A stretch of DNA of 64,000 nucleotides. Origin: Octopus vulgaris (taxonomy: Eukaryota). Positions 25,346 through 38,068 of the stretch are shown here, piece by piece. The position numbers and the translations under genes were made by a program. Each line of letters starts with the position of its first letter. The stretch's first letter is position 1. The stretch is taken from contig OX597814.1 of the NCBI GenBank assembly GCA_951406725.2, positions 20,336,001-20,400,000 on the forward strand. Reading direction: 5' to 3'. The notes under the pieces were generated by a model, which worked only from the letters and a program-made list of their open reading frames with translations, was not told where the DNA came from and searched no databases.

Positions 25346-25640
25346 ACGTAAAAAGCACCATCTGTACGTGGCTGATGCCAGCGCCGCCTTGACTGGCTTC
25401 CGTGCTGGTGGCACATAAAAAGCACCAACCAATTGTGGCTGTTGCCAGCCTCTCCTGGCACGTAAAAAGCACCCACTACACTCACGGAGTGGTTGGCGTT
25501 AGGAAGGGCATCCAGCTGTAGAAACACTGCCAGATCAGACTGGAGCCTGGTGCAGCCTCCTGGCTTCCCAGACCCCAGTTGAACCGTCCAACCCATGCTA
25601 GCATGGAAAACGGGCATTAAACGATGATGATAATGATGAT
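25346..25640 (+). mobile_element. family C retroposon with TSD-like flanks
   Basis: tgattgttacaaatgaa-ttttttt occurs on both sides (~25317 and ~25637); (GAT)n tail. Confidence 0.85.
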
Positions 25641-25964
25641 TGTTACAAATGAAATTTTTTTACCAGCAGTTATGAAGTATAAATTTTCAAAGCCTTAACT
25701 TTTATCGTTGTATTTTTGTGTATTTGTGTAATAGCTGAATATTTAAGGTATTCAGCTATTTGATCAACATTGGTGAGTTGGCTAAGTAATGTATCCAGGT
25801 TTACATATCTGACTTGATTAACTGAAAACTTAATACTGCATTTATTGGATGTTTGAGTATTGTAGCAATTAGAAAGGGTATTCAGCAATACATGCAATAC
25901 AAATCATATCATCATCATCATTTTATGTCTGTATTCTATGTTGACATGGATTGAACAATAATTG

Positions 25965-26280
25965 GCATTCCATTGGTTATGATGATGAGGGTTCCAGTTG
26001 ATCTGATCAACAGAACAGTCTGCTTAATGTGCAAGTGGCTGAGCACTCCACGAACACACACATACCCATAACATAGTTCTCAGGGAGATTCAGCATGACA
26101 CGGAATGTGACATGGCTGGCCCTTTGAAATACAGGTACAACTCATTTTTGTCAGCTGAGTGAACTGGAGCAACATGAAATAAAGTGTCTTGCTCAAGGAC
26201 ACAACACACTGCTAGTAATCAAACTCGTGACCTTACGATGATGAGTTGACTACCCTAACCACTAAACCACATGCATTTAC
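25965..26280 (-). mobile_element. tRNA-derived SINE (another family), decayed
   Basis: - strand gtggtttagtggttaggg A-box-like start, gttgtgtccttgagcaagacactt core-like segment. Confidence 0.6.
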
Positions 26281-26776
26281 ACTCCTCACCTAGATGGGTT
26301 GGAAGACCACATGCCATTCATCAGTTTTCATTTTTGCCCTGACTTTTACAGCAATATGTCCTTCCTAACACCAGCCACTTTACAAGGTTTATTGTAAAGT
26401 GGCTGGTGTTTCTTTTTTTTTTTTCATGGCATTAGCACTTGAAGGATTGTCAAAACTTGGACAGGACTAAATACTCCTCTCAGCCATATGCTTAACAGAG
26501 TGTACAGGAACCATTCTGTCCCAGCACCAGCATGCATAATGGGAGGGGCATTAGAGTGTGACGGATATTAAAAGCTAGATACATGGTGAGAATACTTGAT
26601 GGATGCTGATACTGGATAACATATGGGTGGGGGTTGATCTATTTATAAATAGGCTGTTCTTGCTCTTTAGCGATAACTACATTTGTATTTAGGCTCCTAA
26701 TTATATTTTGGCTTTGAGCTATCATCTTACTTTTAAAAGTATTTCTTTATATAACTTATTTTTACTTTGATTTAAG

Positions 26777-26848
26777 GATAATGTGATTCCTGCATCAGCT
26801 GAAGCTGTACTTAATCACCGCATCCATCCTTCACAGACAGTTCAACAG
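26777..26848 (+). CDS. PM20D1: PM20D1-like exon 9
   Basis: tttaag|GAT; DNVIPASAEAVLNHRIHPSQTVQQ; CAG|gtaatt; phase 0-0. Confidence 0.93.
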
Positions 26849-28663
26849 GTAATTATTACAAACAACCTTCATAGACAATAAGGTCAAATTTGATTTTATT
26901 CAGATGATGATTTTCCTGTTTCATGTGATTAAAAAAAACAAACAAAAAAACCCCCAATTTTGTAAGTATTTTTCTTGAGATTTTGTGTGTGTCACAAAAT
27001 AACTTTAGAATTGGGTTTAAATGGTCAGGTTTTGTTTTTACCACGAATTTTACTGCTGTAAACAGTAAAAAGAAATTAGCGTTAATAATTTGTTATATTT
27101 TACTAACAAAACACACACAACATCATGTGATTTATAGTTTAATATATTATGAAAATGTTCTGTGTCTTTAAACATGTTTCTGTTCCCCAGGTCAGCCCTG
27201 ATCCAGCAGACAATGAGTAACCATCTTTTTATATATCAAAGGCTACGTTGTTCAATGTGTCTTCTTCGTTTAAGTTCGTAGCATGATGATTTAAGGGAGA
27301 TTTTACTCCTATTTCAAGCAGATTGAGTGATTGCATAGAGACTCCATTGTTAACTTATTTAAACATGGTTTTGAAATGCCAATGGAAAAGATGAGCTGCT
27401 GTACTACTCTTGGTTCTGGTTATGTCCGAGTACTACCATAGTACTAAAGCACATCTCATTACTCATTAGCTTGTAGTTAGTTTGGTAAGATCCCACCATA
27501 TCATTCTCTAACTTTTCACATTTGCATTGCTCGTGAATAGGCACGGTAAGAATAGTTTAGTGCCTTACCTTGGGTACAGTGCTAAAGTTGGTAGGATATT
27601 CACTTACAACTCTACTGATACAAAACCAACAATATATTTACAAATTTATAGATGGTGGTGAAGTGGCAGACTCATAGAATTCCTTTTGGTATTTGCTCTA
27701 ATGCTCTGCACCCCGAGTTCAAATCTTACTGAGGTCAACTTGCTTTTCGTCTGTTAACTGGCCTTGTGCCAAAATTTGAAGGAAATGTTTATTAATTATA
27801 CAAAAAATAACATGTTCCAGATGTTATCTTTTGATATTCTTAAATTCTATATCTTATCTATGTGGCAGTAACGGTATATGAAAACAAAGAAACCAGCTTG
27901 ACTGTCATGAATAGTCAGCAGGATGCTTAAAATATCTGGCAAAATAGGGTACTGGGTAGTCACTTGAATAGTAAACCAAGTAATACAAGCAGGTATCATG
28001 CCTAGGGACTAGTATTGCAGTATTATCATGAACTGATTCAAGAGCAAGGGTACGATTTGAAAATTTGCATTCTACCAAGTCAAGTAACCATTTAGAAGCT
28101 TTGACATTGGTTTCTGGAAATATATATTTGTGGGATTGTTATGGGAAATTATTAGAAATTCTAAGATCCAGCATTTGTACAAGTGTGTCTCTTTGGTATA
28201 TTGGATAGATTCCTATAGATTTAGAGAGATTGCAGAGGGTAAAGTTACCTGAAAAGATGCCATTAGGACTGGTTACTATGCTGGATCAAATAGAGGGGGT
28301 TTTTTTTGCATATGGCAACAGTGCATATGTGGACAGTAGTGTTGGAGTTTAACAGGTTTTTTGTTGAGTTTGTGCTATTTGGATGCAAGACAAAACAGGC
28401 ATCAATTATGAGTGGATTTTTTTCCCATGAGAATGTTGCAAATAAAAGTTATTCTTACTTGATGATGTACTAGTGATTGAAATTTTTGTATCTCACTGAG
28501 AATTTGTATCTTGTCATGTTGAAAATAATTACTATTTGAAAGATCAGGCTAATTAGAATGGTTTGAGTAGAATACTGATTAACTGTCACAATAATGATTA
28601 AACTTCATTACAAAATATTAGTATTAAAAATAATTGTCTGTTGTATGTTTATTTTATTTGCAG

Positions 28664-28829
28664 GTAATTGAATATGATCGCAAAATTATCAATGATGATA
28701 GGGTGAAAATTACTCTCAAGAGTTCTTTAGACCCTTCTGCTACTTCACCTTATGATGATAATAGTTTTGGTTACCACACATTGAAAAACAGCATCAGAGA
28801 AATATACACTGATGTATTAGTTGTACCAG
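28664..28829 (+). CDS. PM20D1: PM20D1-like exon 10
   Basis: tttgcag|GTA; VIEYDRKIINDDRV...DPSATSPYDDNSFGYHTLKNSIREIYTDVLVVP; G|gtaagg; phase 0-1. Confidence 0.92.
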
Positions 28830-28855
28830 GTAAGGTTTTTTGAAATATATTTGAG

Positions 28856-29270
28856 CTTTTACTCTTTTACTCTTTTACTTGTTTCAGTCATTTGACTGCG
28901 GCCATGCTGGAGCACCGCCTTTAATCGAGCAACTCGACCCCAGGACTTATTCTTTTGTAAGCCCAGTACTTATTCTATCGGTCTCTTTTGCCGAACCGCT
29001 AAGTAATGGGGACATAAACACACCAGCATCTGTTGTCAAGCAATGCTAGGGGGACAAACGCAGACACACAAACACACACACACATATATATATATATACA
29101 TATATACGACGGGCTTCTTTCAGTTTCCGTCTACCAAATCCACTGACAAGGCATTGGTCGGCCTGAGGTTATAGTAGAAGACACTTGCCCAAGGTGCCAC
29201 GCAGTGGGACTGAACCCAGAACCATGTGGTTGGTAAACAAGCTACTTACCACATACCCACTCCTGCACCT
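28856..29270 (-). mobile_element. SINE family A
   Basis: reverse complement of 5639-6020. Confidence 0.9.
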
Positions 29271-29376
29271 AATTATAAAAAAAAGTTTTGTTATTCAAAA
29301 TATATTTTACTTGATTTCATTATTTAGTTGCCCAAAATTTTAATTCAGCTTTAATATTCTATTTGAATCTTCTCTC

Positions 29377-29590
29377 AAGCTGGCAAAATCATTAGCACAC
29401 CAGGCAAAATGCTTAGCACCATTTCATCTGGCTTGATATTCTGGGTTCAAATTCCGCTGAGGTCAATTTTGCCTTTCATCCTTTTGAGGTTGATAAAATA
29501 AGCACCAGTTTCACACTGGGGTCAATGTAATTAACTAGCCCACCCCCTCAAAACTTTCAGGCCTTGTGCCTTTAGTAGAAAGGATTATTA
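29377..29590 (+). mobile_element. SINE family B
   Basis: gggttcaaattccgctgaggtcaattttgcctttcatcc; (TTA)n tail. Confidence 0.75.
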
Positions 29591-29609
29591 TTATTATTGC
29601 TGTTATTAT

Positions 29610-29639
<30 letters not shown>

Positions 29640-29640
<1 letters not shown>

Positions 29641-30245
29641 CTATGGTTTTTGCCTTAATTTATATGAGTTGCACCCAAGTCTCAACCAGAGATGTCTAGG
29701 GATGACAAGATTTTGCATCTGGAGATACTAACAGGTGAGGTGCCATGCAATGGAAAATACTGATATCTGTGGAGTTGGTGGGGAGGGAATGAATAAAGGT
29801 GCATTTACATGGTGAGGAATTTATGCAGAATATGTGTGGTACTCATTTAAGTATGAACTTCCATAATTTGCTTGTATTGGGGCTTCCAGGAATTTGGTCC
29901 TCATACTTGTTTGCTCCTCTTGATATCATTCTAAGTGCTTCAATAATAATAAGTAATGTTGTTTTCAGATGTCACATTCTTCCATTTTCAATATCCAGAT
30001 CCTTATATTTGCTCAGTTTTTCAAACGTTTTCACAGATGTATTTTCTTGGCTGGGGCTGCAACATCAGTCAGAAGACAAGTCTTTTCAATAGGATTTTTC
30101 ACAATGAGAATGGGTCAGTTTCCCTGTATTTTCCAATCAGGCTGAATACTGGAATTCCAAAGGATGGTAATCTCAGCATTCTGAACAACTTGTGGCTTGT
30201 GTTCCAACCACTTGTTCTTGTGAGGGATGTTGTATGTGCAGCATA
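29640..30245 (-). mobile_element. 3' fragment of an RLE-endonuclease non-LTR element (R4/Dong/NeSL-like)
   Basis: - strand W.EHKPQVV...ITILWN...N*PILIVKN..EKTCLLTDVAAP, a decayed PD..D-type nuclease; ends in a (CAA)n/(TAA)n tract. Confidence 0.6.
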
Positions 30246-30642
30246 TCTTTATATATAAAAGTGAAGTTGTGTGTCTGTCTCCTACGATTTAGATTCCTAA
30301 CTACTCCCACATTTTGCGGTGCAGTTTAACCAAAACCGGGTATCTTATAGTCGTGATTCATATTGAGCCCTTCTGGGTATTAGCTTGCGTCTACGATGAG
30401 TCTACGATTTCAAAAAAAAATTTACCATCATTTTTTTCCATTTTAATGCATTTTTTCGCTATTATATAAGGGAAGTAACTCTCCAAAAATGTCTACGATG
30501 AGTCAACGATTTAAAAAAAATTTACCATCATTTTTTTTCCATTTTGAATGCATTTTTTGCTATTATTTGGCTATAACTCTCTAAAAATGCTTATATAGTT
30601 ATTTCCCTTACAAACCCGAGCAACGCCAGGCGATACTGCTAG
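30246..30642 (+). mobile_element. non-autonomous Helitron
   Basis: A|TC...cccgagcaacgccaggcgatactgCTAG|T; internal ~85-bp duplication; inverted relative to the 7579 copy. Confidence 0.82.
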
Positions 30643-31096
30643 TTAGTATTATTATATTAAGGAAGTGGAGTGGCATAAATGGTAAGAGCACTTGAATAAA
30701 AACCTACATGCAGTATTTAATTTAATACTTTCATATTCACTGAGACAACTTTGCTTTTCATTCATTTGAATTTGTAGAATATATCTAATATATGGAGAAC
30801 TTCTAATTATCAATCTTGTATTTTAACCGAATCTGAATTGATTGGCAGAAATGTTGCTGTAGACAAAAATTTTTCTCCCAATGTTAAGTAATTTCAGTTT
30901 TGATTGGGAACATAATGTAAACTGAAAAGTAGTGGAATGCAGGGCCGGATTTATAGGGAGGCAAAGGGGGGAAATTGCTCCAGGCCCCCTCAATATTGGA
31001 GGATCCTGCTATGAAAGATATGGAGTACTCAGTATAGGGAGGCTCCACCTCCTAGCAATCCTGCATGCAGAGGCTCTCTTTCAATATAAAAACATA

Positions 31097-32321
31097 CAGG
31101 GGTTAGACAAAATAATGGAAACACCTAGCATCATGGCATCATAATTTTGAAATATCTATAAAACTGTCCAATGCTTGTTTATTTTTGTGTTTTTGATTTA
31201 TTTGTGTGTAATATGTTTTGCTAGAATTGCTGTTTCTTTCAGAAAAAGTTAATTAAAAAGGGGTCCAATTGTTGGTGCTCGTATGGTAGGCACTAGCCTA
31301 ACGAAAACATCTAAAATGTTTGGTGCATCAAGAAGTACTGTCTTGAAAGTAATGACAGCCTTTGAGAAAGAGGGAAAAACCTCCTCGTCGAAATTCCAGA
31401 AGAAACTCCAAAAGAAAACCAAAACCTTCAGATAGGGACTGTCAGACTCTTACGCGAATTGTTAGAAAGGTTCACAAAAGTACAGCTCCCAAAATTACTG
31501 CAGAGCTTAATAACCACCTTGAGAACCCAGTTTCCACTAAAACTGTTTGCCAGGAGCTGCACAAAGCTGGATTTCATGGGAGGGATGCAATCAGAAAACC
31601 ATTACTTTAAAATTAACGTTGCAAAGCATTTAGAGTGGAGTAAAAACCTACAGAATTGGTCCCTAGAGTAGTGAAAGAATGTTATTTCCTTGGATGAGTC
31701 ATCTTTTACCATATTTTCGATCACCAGCCGAGTATACCTGTGGAGACAGCCAAAAGAGGCATTTGACCCAGACTGCCTTCTTCCAACTTTTATACATGGA
31801 GGAGGATCTGTAATGATCTAGGGGCTGTATCTTGGAAATCCGCTGGCCCAACGGTTTCCCTTCATGGCAGAATTAATAGTCAAGACTATTTAAGCATTTT
31901 ATCTGATCATATTCATCCTATGGTTGCAGAACTGTTTCCAGAGGGATACACAATCTTTCAGGATGATAATGCACCAATTCACACAGCTAAAGTTGTTACT
32001 GAATGGCACGATGAACATTCTAGTGAAGTTGAACATCTTATCTGGCTACCACAGTCCCCAGATCTCAATATCATTGAACATTGATGGTGCATTTTAGAAA
32101 GACGAGTAAAGAGTTGATATCCTCCACCATCATCACTACAAGGACTGGAGACTGTTTTAGCTGAAAAATGGACAAAAATTCCTTTGGTAACAATTCAAAC
32201 TTTGTGCGAGTCCATATTTCATAGAATTCAAGCTGTAATTACTGCCAAAGCAGTCCTACTCCATATTAAAATAAATTTGTTTGAAATTTTAAGGTGTTTT
32301 CAGTATTTTGTCCAACCCCTG
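31097..32321 (+). mobile_element. full-length decayed Tc1-like transposon (DD34E type)
   Basis: TA|CAGGGGTTAGACAAAATAATGGAAACACCT ... AGGTGTTTTCAGTATTTTGTCCAACCCCTG|TA; HTH region, LDES, FQDDNAPIH, PQSPDLNIIEH; stops and frameshifts. Confidence 0.92.
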
Positions 32322-32982
32322 TAACTTTAAAAATGTAATGGATCCTCTTTTTGATAAATAACCATAGATTTCTTCACATTAGTGACACAAATTCATTCAA
32401 TTAAAAGTTTGCTACCCAGTCTCAAAGCTGCTACAATTCCCTTGGGAATTAATTGTAACTGCTTTTGGGACAATGGCAGAGAAAAGGAAAACAACAATAA
32501 CTCCTAAAAAGGATATGTATGTATCTGTGAGTGCATGTGTTTGTGTATATATGTGTGTGTATGAGTGAGAGTATAAATGTCTTTAAAGTTACTTATTGTT
32601 TTTAGTTCAAATTCCTTCCTTCAACACATGACTGAGCAATGACCTTGGATTGACCATTTGCAATTATAGGCACATGCACACACACACAAATGTGCATACA
32701 TATATATTGCCACTTGTAAACATTATTTCAGTGAGGCATTGAAAACTGGTCATATTTTACAAAAGAGCAAGTAAGGTATATGTTCCAAAAATTAAATTTT
32801 TAATTTAGCTTTAATTATAAAATTATGTCTCTCAACAGTTCAAAGAATTTCTTTTCTTGTTTTTTTTTGGCTTTAGAATTATTGCTTTTATGTTCACATG
32901 TTTTTCATGAAATTGAATCTTTTTTTCTTTCTTTTTTTTTTCAATAGTTTTCATCATTGTTTAACTTATCTCTTTTCTTTAG

Positions 32983-33209
32983 GACTAATGATTGCCAACA
33001 CAGATACTCACCACTATAAACATATGACGAAAAGTATCTACCGATTCAACCCTGCATTTGTAACGCCAGAGACTGCAAGCATGGTTCATGGAGATAATGA
33101 AAGAATATCAGTAGCAAATTTTGAAAAAGCTGTTAACTTTTATTATCATGTAATTTTGAATTCAGATCACGATAAATTGAGTTCTACTAAGGTAAATGCT
33201 GAGCTATAA
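32983..33209 (+). CDS. PM20D1: PM20D1-like terminal exon 11
   Basis: ttctttag|GA; GLMIANTDTHHY...IYRFNP...VHGDNERIS (C-terminal metal-ligand His); TAA ends at 33209; the 11 exons total 1518 nt = 505 aa + stop. Confidence 0.95.
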
Positions 33210-33294
33210 GAAGATACTATTGACATAAAAAAAAATCCTTTGTTTTATAATATACAAATATGCAATTTGTAATATGCATATGAAAATACATATA

Positions 33295-33300
33295 AATAAA
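33295..33300 (+). terminator. candidate polyadenylation signal of PM20D1
   Basis: AATAAA ~85 nt after the stop, followed by GT/T-rich sequence. Confidence 0.5.
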
Positions 33301-34395
33301 ATAGTTGTCTTTTTTAATATAGAATGTATGTGAAAAGAATTGTTTTTTTTATTTTATTTTTTAAAATTCTAATTTTATACTTGTTCATCCTATCATTATT
33401 GTTATTATTGGTTTTGAATTTTTCATACGTTCAGTCTTGTCATAGAGTTATATCTTCTCACCGTCTCTTGCCAATTCTATACCCTCGCCTCTCTTCTCTT
33501 ATCCACTGTGCCTATTCTATACACTTGCATCTCCGTACCATCTCTTCCTCCAGTCACCTTACCATGCTAATCATAACTGAGAATAAAAGCATTCAATCTA
33601 TGCTTATTGAATACCCCCAACCCCATTTCCTCTACCCATATCTTTCTACTCCTCCTTCTCTCATCTATTTTTCCAGATAATGATACTTGATTTGGGAAGG
33701 ATTAGACTTTAGTAGCCTTTATTCATCCTCTCTTATTCTTCTGTCACTACATTCTTAGAAATTTTATCTTGAGGATACATTTTGATTCCTCAATATTAAC
33801 ATATATATCCTCCATGCATCACTCTAGCCACAATATATAATGCATGGTAGCAGAGCACCTCCTTCTACTCAACACACCCACTTTCCTTATAACTTTCTTT
33901 CTCCCTCACTAACCTCCTGATACTACGTCTTCCCTTTTCCCAATTATCATGCTCTTCCCTATCAGCCTCCATCGACAATAATTCTATGTAACTCCAATAA
34001 GAACCAACTTGGATCCTGATCAACTATCCAACACATGCAGTCATGGAAAGTCACCAACCTACCCTGTGACTGGGTCCACCTACTCAATTCACCCCATAAC
34101 TCTTACTATTTTGTTTTCCCCTTTTACATTAAACCCTGACATTATCCTTTACTGTCATCCTTTCTCAATAAATCTTTTTCTTCTGTCACACTTTGTTTTC
34201 TACTCTTTAATTCTGCACCACAAGCTAACCTCTCTAATATTAATACCACGTAAAACGCACCCAGCACTCTCTGAAACCATGCTAAAACTTGCACGTTGAA
34301 GCAAGACACAGTACTTCAACCCACTGTTGTCCAACCCATGCCAGCATGGAAAATGGACAGATGATGATGACGGAGACAACAACAATCATCATAAT

Positions 34396-34629
34396 CTGTT
34401 TCTTTATTACCCACAAGGGGCTAAACATAGAGGGGACAAACATGAACAGACAAACGAATTAAGTCGATTACATCGATCCCAGTTCGTAACTGGTACTTAA
34501 TTTATCGACCCTGAAAGGATGAAAGGCAAAGTTGACCTCGGCGGAATTTGAACTCCGAACGTAATGGCAGACGAAATACGGCTAGGCATTTCGCCCGACG
34601 TGCTAACGATTCTGCCAGCTCACCGCCTT
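34396..34629 (-). mobile_element. SINE family B
   Basis: near-intact reverse copy ending gccagctcaccgcctt. Confidence 0.88.
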
Positions 34630-34749
34630 ATAATCATTTAACATCTGTTTTCCATTCTGGCATGGGTTGGACAGTTACAGACTAGAGGACTGTACTGAGC
34701 TCTGATGTCTGTTTAGACATGGTTTCTACAACTTGATGCCCTGATAGTG

Positions 34750-36860
34750 TAGGTGGTGTGGGTATATAAGGTAACTGAGGTAGTGAGAGTATATGATAGG
34801 GTTATTAAGTTGAGAGTTATCATATATAGATTAACAGTTACAGTTATCTCTGCCTATGCTCCACAAGTTAGGCTGGCTGATGAGCAGAAGGACCAATTCT
34901 ATGAGGTCCTTCTGTAGACTACCACAACAACAAATGATTGAGACTTAGTTATTGTAGCTGGCAACTTCAGTGGACATGTTGGGCAGCCTTTTCATAGATT
35001 CCATGGTGTGCATGATGGCTATGGTTTTGACCCCAGGAATGGGGAGGGAGCAAAGTTACTGGAGTTCTATGATGCAAATGATCTCATGATCTGCAACACT
35101 AACTTCAGAAAACCAGCCAGCCACCTAATCAGTTGTCAGTCTGGTGGAAACATAAGCCAGGTCAATTACCTTCTCACCAGGCAACAAGATAGGCTGATGC
35201 TCACAAATGCAAAGTTTTTCCCAGGTGAAGTGTGTACACACCAACATAGGCTACTGGTTAGTGACTTCAGAATTAGAGCTAGAATGACTCAGAGAAATAA
35301 ACCATACTGGAAAAGAAGATTATGGAAGCTCAAAGACCCTGCAAATCAACAAAAATACTGGCTATGTGGGATACAACCTAGTCACTTGCATTGTTAATCA
35401 GGCTGTTCAGGAAGGCATCATCACCAAAGACTGCTACAAAGGTAAAGGTGATGCTTTAGATAGAAACAACTACAAAGGTATCAAACTGCTGGACCGGATC
35501 ATAAAAATTACAGAGTGAGTTATAGCTCAATTGATTAGGAATAGAATTAAACTAGATAAGATGGAGTTTGGTTTTGTTCCTGGGAGAAGTACCATGGATG
35601 TCGTCTTCTTAGTGAAACAGCTGCAAGAAAAGTATCTGGCCAAAAGTAAACCATTGTACTTAGCTTTCATTAACCTAAAGAAAGCTTTTGACAGGGTTCA
35701 CTGCCCTCTTATCTGGTAATCTGTAAGGAAGTTAGGAATATAGGAATGGCCTGTTAGAGTCATACAAACCATGTCAGTAAGGTGAAAATCACCCTTGAAT
35801 ACAATGATGAATTTAGTGTAAAAGTTGGAGTTCACCAGGGATCATTTCTTAGTCCACTCTTATTCATCATAGTTCTCCTGGCCATAACTGAGGAATTCAA
35901 AACTGGATGTCCACAGGAACTGCTATTTGCTGATGACCTCACTCTTATTGCAGACTTGGAGAAGTTCCAGGTATGGAAACAAAACTTAGAATCAAAGGGC
36001 CTTAAAGTTAACCTGGCAAAGACTAAAGTTGTGGTTAGCAAGAAAGCAGATAAGACTCTCTTTCCCCTCAGGTAAATGGCCCTGTTCAATATGTAGGAAA
36101 GAAATGGGAAGTAATTCCATTTGCTGCACCCTGTGTAAGCTATGGATGCATAAGCAATGCAGTGGAGTCACAGCTAGATTAACAGATAAGGTCATTTTTG
36201 TATGTGGTAGATGTGCAGGACAATAAGCACTAGGAGCACATGTGACTTAGACTCTCTCAAATGCTCAGGAGGCTCTCTTGATATAGTAGATAGTTTCTAC
36301 TACTTAAGTGATCAAATTAGTAACAGTGGTGGATATTCTGAAAGTATTGTTTCTAGAATAAGAATATGATGGAGGAGGTGCAGAGAACTACTACCTCTGC
36401 TGGCAACAAAAGAACTCTCAGACAGAGTGAAAGGTAGATTGTATGATGCTTGTGTATGAACGGCTATACTCCATGGTAGTGAGACATAGGCTTTCAATGT
36501 GGAGGACATGTGTAGACTGGAAAGGAATGAAGATAGTATGTTGGATTTACAACATCAGTGTGCATGACTGATGAAGTGCAACAGTGTTGAGAGAAAAGTT
36601 AGGCATAAGAGGCATTAAATGTGGAATGCAGGAGAGGACAATGCGTTTGTTTGGACATGTGATGTATATAAGAATGGACAGTTGTATACAGAGGTGTCTG
36701 TCACTGAAAATGGAGGGTACCTGTGGAAGAGGGAAACCTAGGAAGATGTGGGATGAAGTGGTGAGGATCAATCTTGGGATGTTAGGGCTCATAGAGGAAA
36801 TGACAATAGACCGAGATATCTGATGATGAGGTTCTAGCGAAGACCCACCCACGTCAGTGA
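34750..36860 (+). mobile_element. decayed RTE LINE ORF (APE endonuclease + RT, internal deletion)
   Basis: ISAYAPQ, GNFSGHVG, NTNFRK, HRLLVSDF; GFVPGRSTMD, LKKAFDRV, VGVHQGSFLSPLLF, LLFADDL, LREKLGIRGI; many stops. Confidence 0.92.
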
Positions 36861-37249
36861 AACTGAGTGCTAGAAGTGTTGTGTCCCACCCTTATGTAGC
36901 AATAAACTTTTCACACACCCTACCCCAAGAAACTGAACTACATCTCCTCTTCTAAACTGCATCTTTCTTTTCCTCACATTTTCTCTTCATACATTATGAT
37001 TGTCTCCTACTCCCCTTCCTTGCCCTCACTGTATTGCTGCTTCCCCCACCCCATCTTTATACCCAGGTTTTCACCAATCACTGCAATCCCCACTCCTTAT
37101 TTGAACCTTCTTGGCAATACCTGGCTGTGTATATTATGACCTCCATACCTTGAGGGCATGCCCTGGCAATTGGCATCATTTATCTCTCTCTTCCTTACCA
37201 TGCCATCTATTGTCCGATCCTTGTTATTTGTGAGTATACCCTGGCACTT

Positions 37250-37670
37250 CACTGCCATCTCTCTCCTGCTCTCTCTTACACTTTTGCTGTTTCCCACTCT
37301 CTCTTTCTTTCCCTTGCTCTTTCCTCTGTTTCTCTTCTTCAGCAGCACACCTGCTTCTGCCCTCATTCTTGATCACTCTCTCCTTCTCTTGCTCTTCCTT
37401 CCAGCTAGGTAACCAAGTATCTCCTTTACATCAGCACACCTGTTTCTGTCCTCTTTTTTGTACTTCTTTTTTCCATTCACTCTCCCTTTTTTCCCTCTCT
37501 TTCTCTTCTCTCTCTCTCTCCCTTTTCTCCTCTCTTTCTCTTCTCTCTCTCCCTTTTCTCCTCTCTTTCTCTTCTCTCTCTCCCTTTTCTTCTCTCTTTC
37601 TCTTCTCTCTCTCTTTTCTCCTTTCTCTTCTCTCCCTTTTCTCCCTCTCTTTCTCTTCTCTCTTTCTGGT
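37250..37670. repeat. polypyrimidine (CT-rich) low-complexity tract
   Basis: ttttctcctctctttctcttctctctctccc units. Confidence 0.85.
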
Positions 37671-37835
37671 TGGGTAACTGTGTACCTCCTCTTTAGTAAG
37701 ACACCTGTTTCTACCTCTCTGTTTCTCTGTCACTCTAACCTTTCATCATCTAACACAAGATCACCTTCTATGCCCCCTCAACTATAGCCAGACACCTGTT
37801 TCTGCCTCTCGGTCACACTCTAATCTTTCATTCTC

Positions 37836-38068
37836 TATTTCTTTATTACCCACAAGGGGCTAAACATTGAGGGGACAAACAAAGACAGACATAGGTATTA
37901 AGTCGATTACATCGACCCCAGTGCATAACTGGTACTTAATTTATCGACCCCGAAAGGATGAAAGGTAAAGTCGACCTCGGCGGAATTTGAACTCACAACG
38001 TAACGGCAGACGAAATACCGCTAAGCATTTCACCCGGTGCGCTAACGTTTCTGCCATCTCGCCGCCTT
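37836..38068 (-). mobile_element. SINE family B
   Basis: near-intact reverse copy; atctttcatt repeated on both flanks (TSD-like). Confidence 0.88.

Noticed and set aside
37369-37787. ORFs rich in S/L/F or E/R/K
   Set aside because: Translations of a CT-rich low-complexity tract
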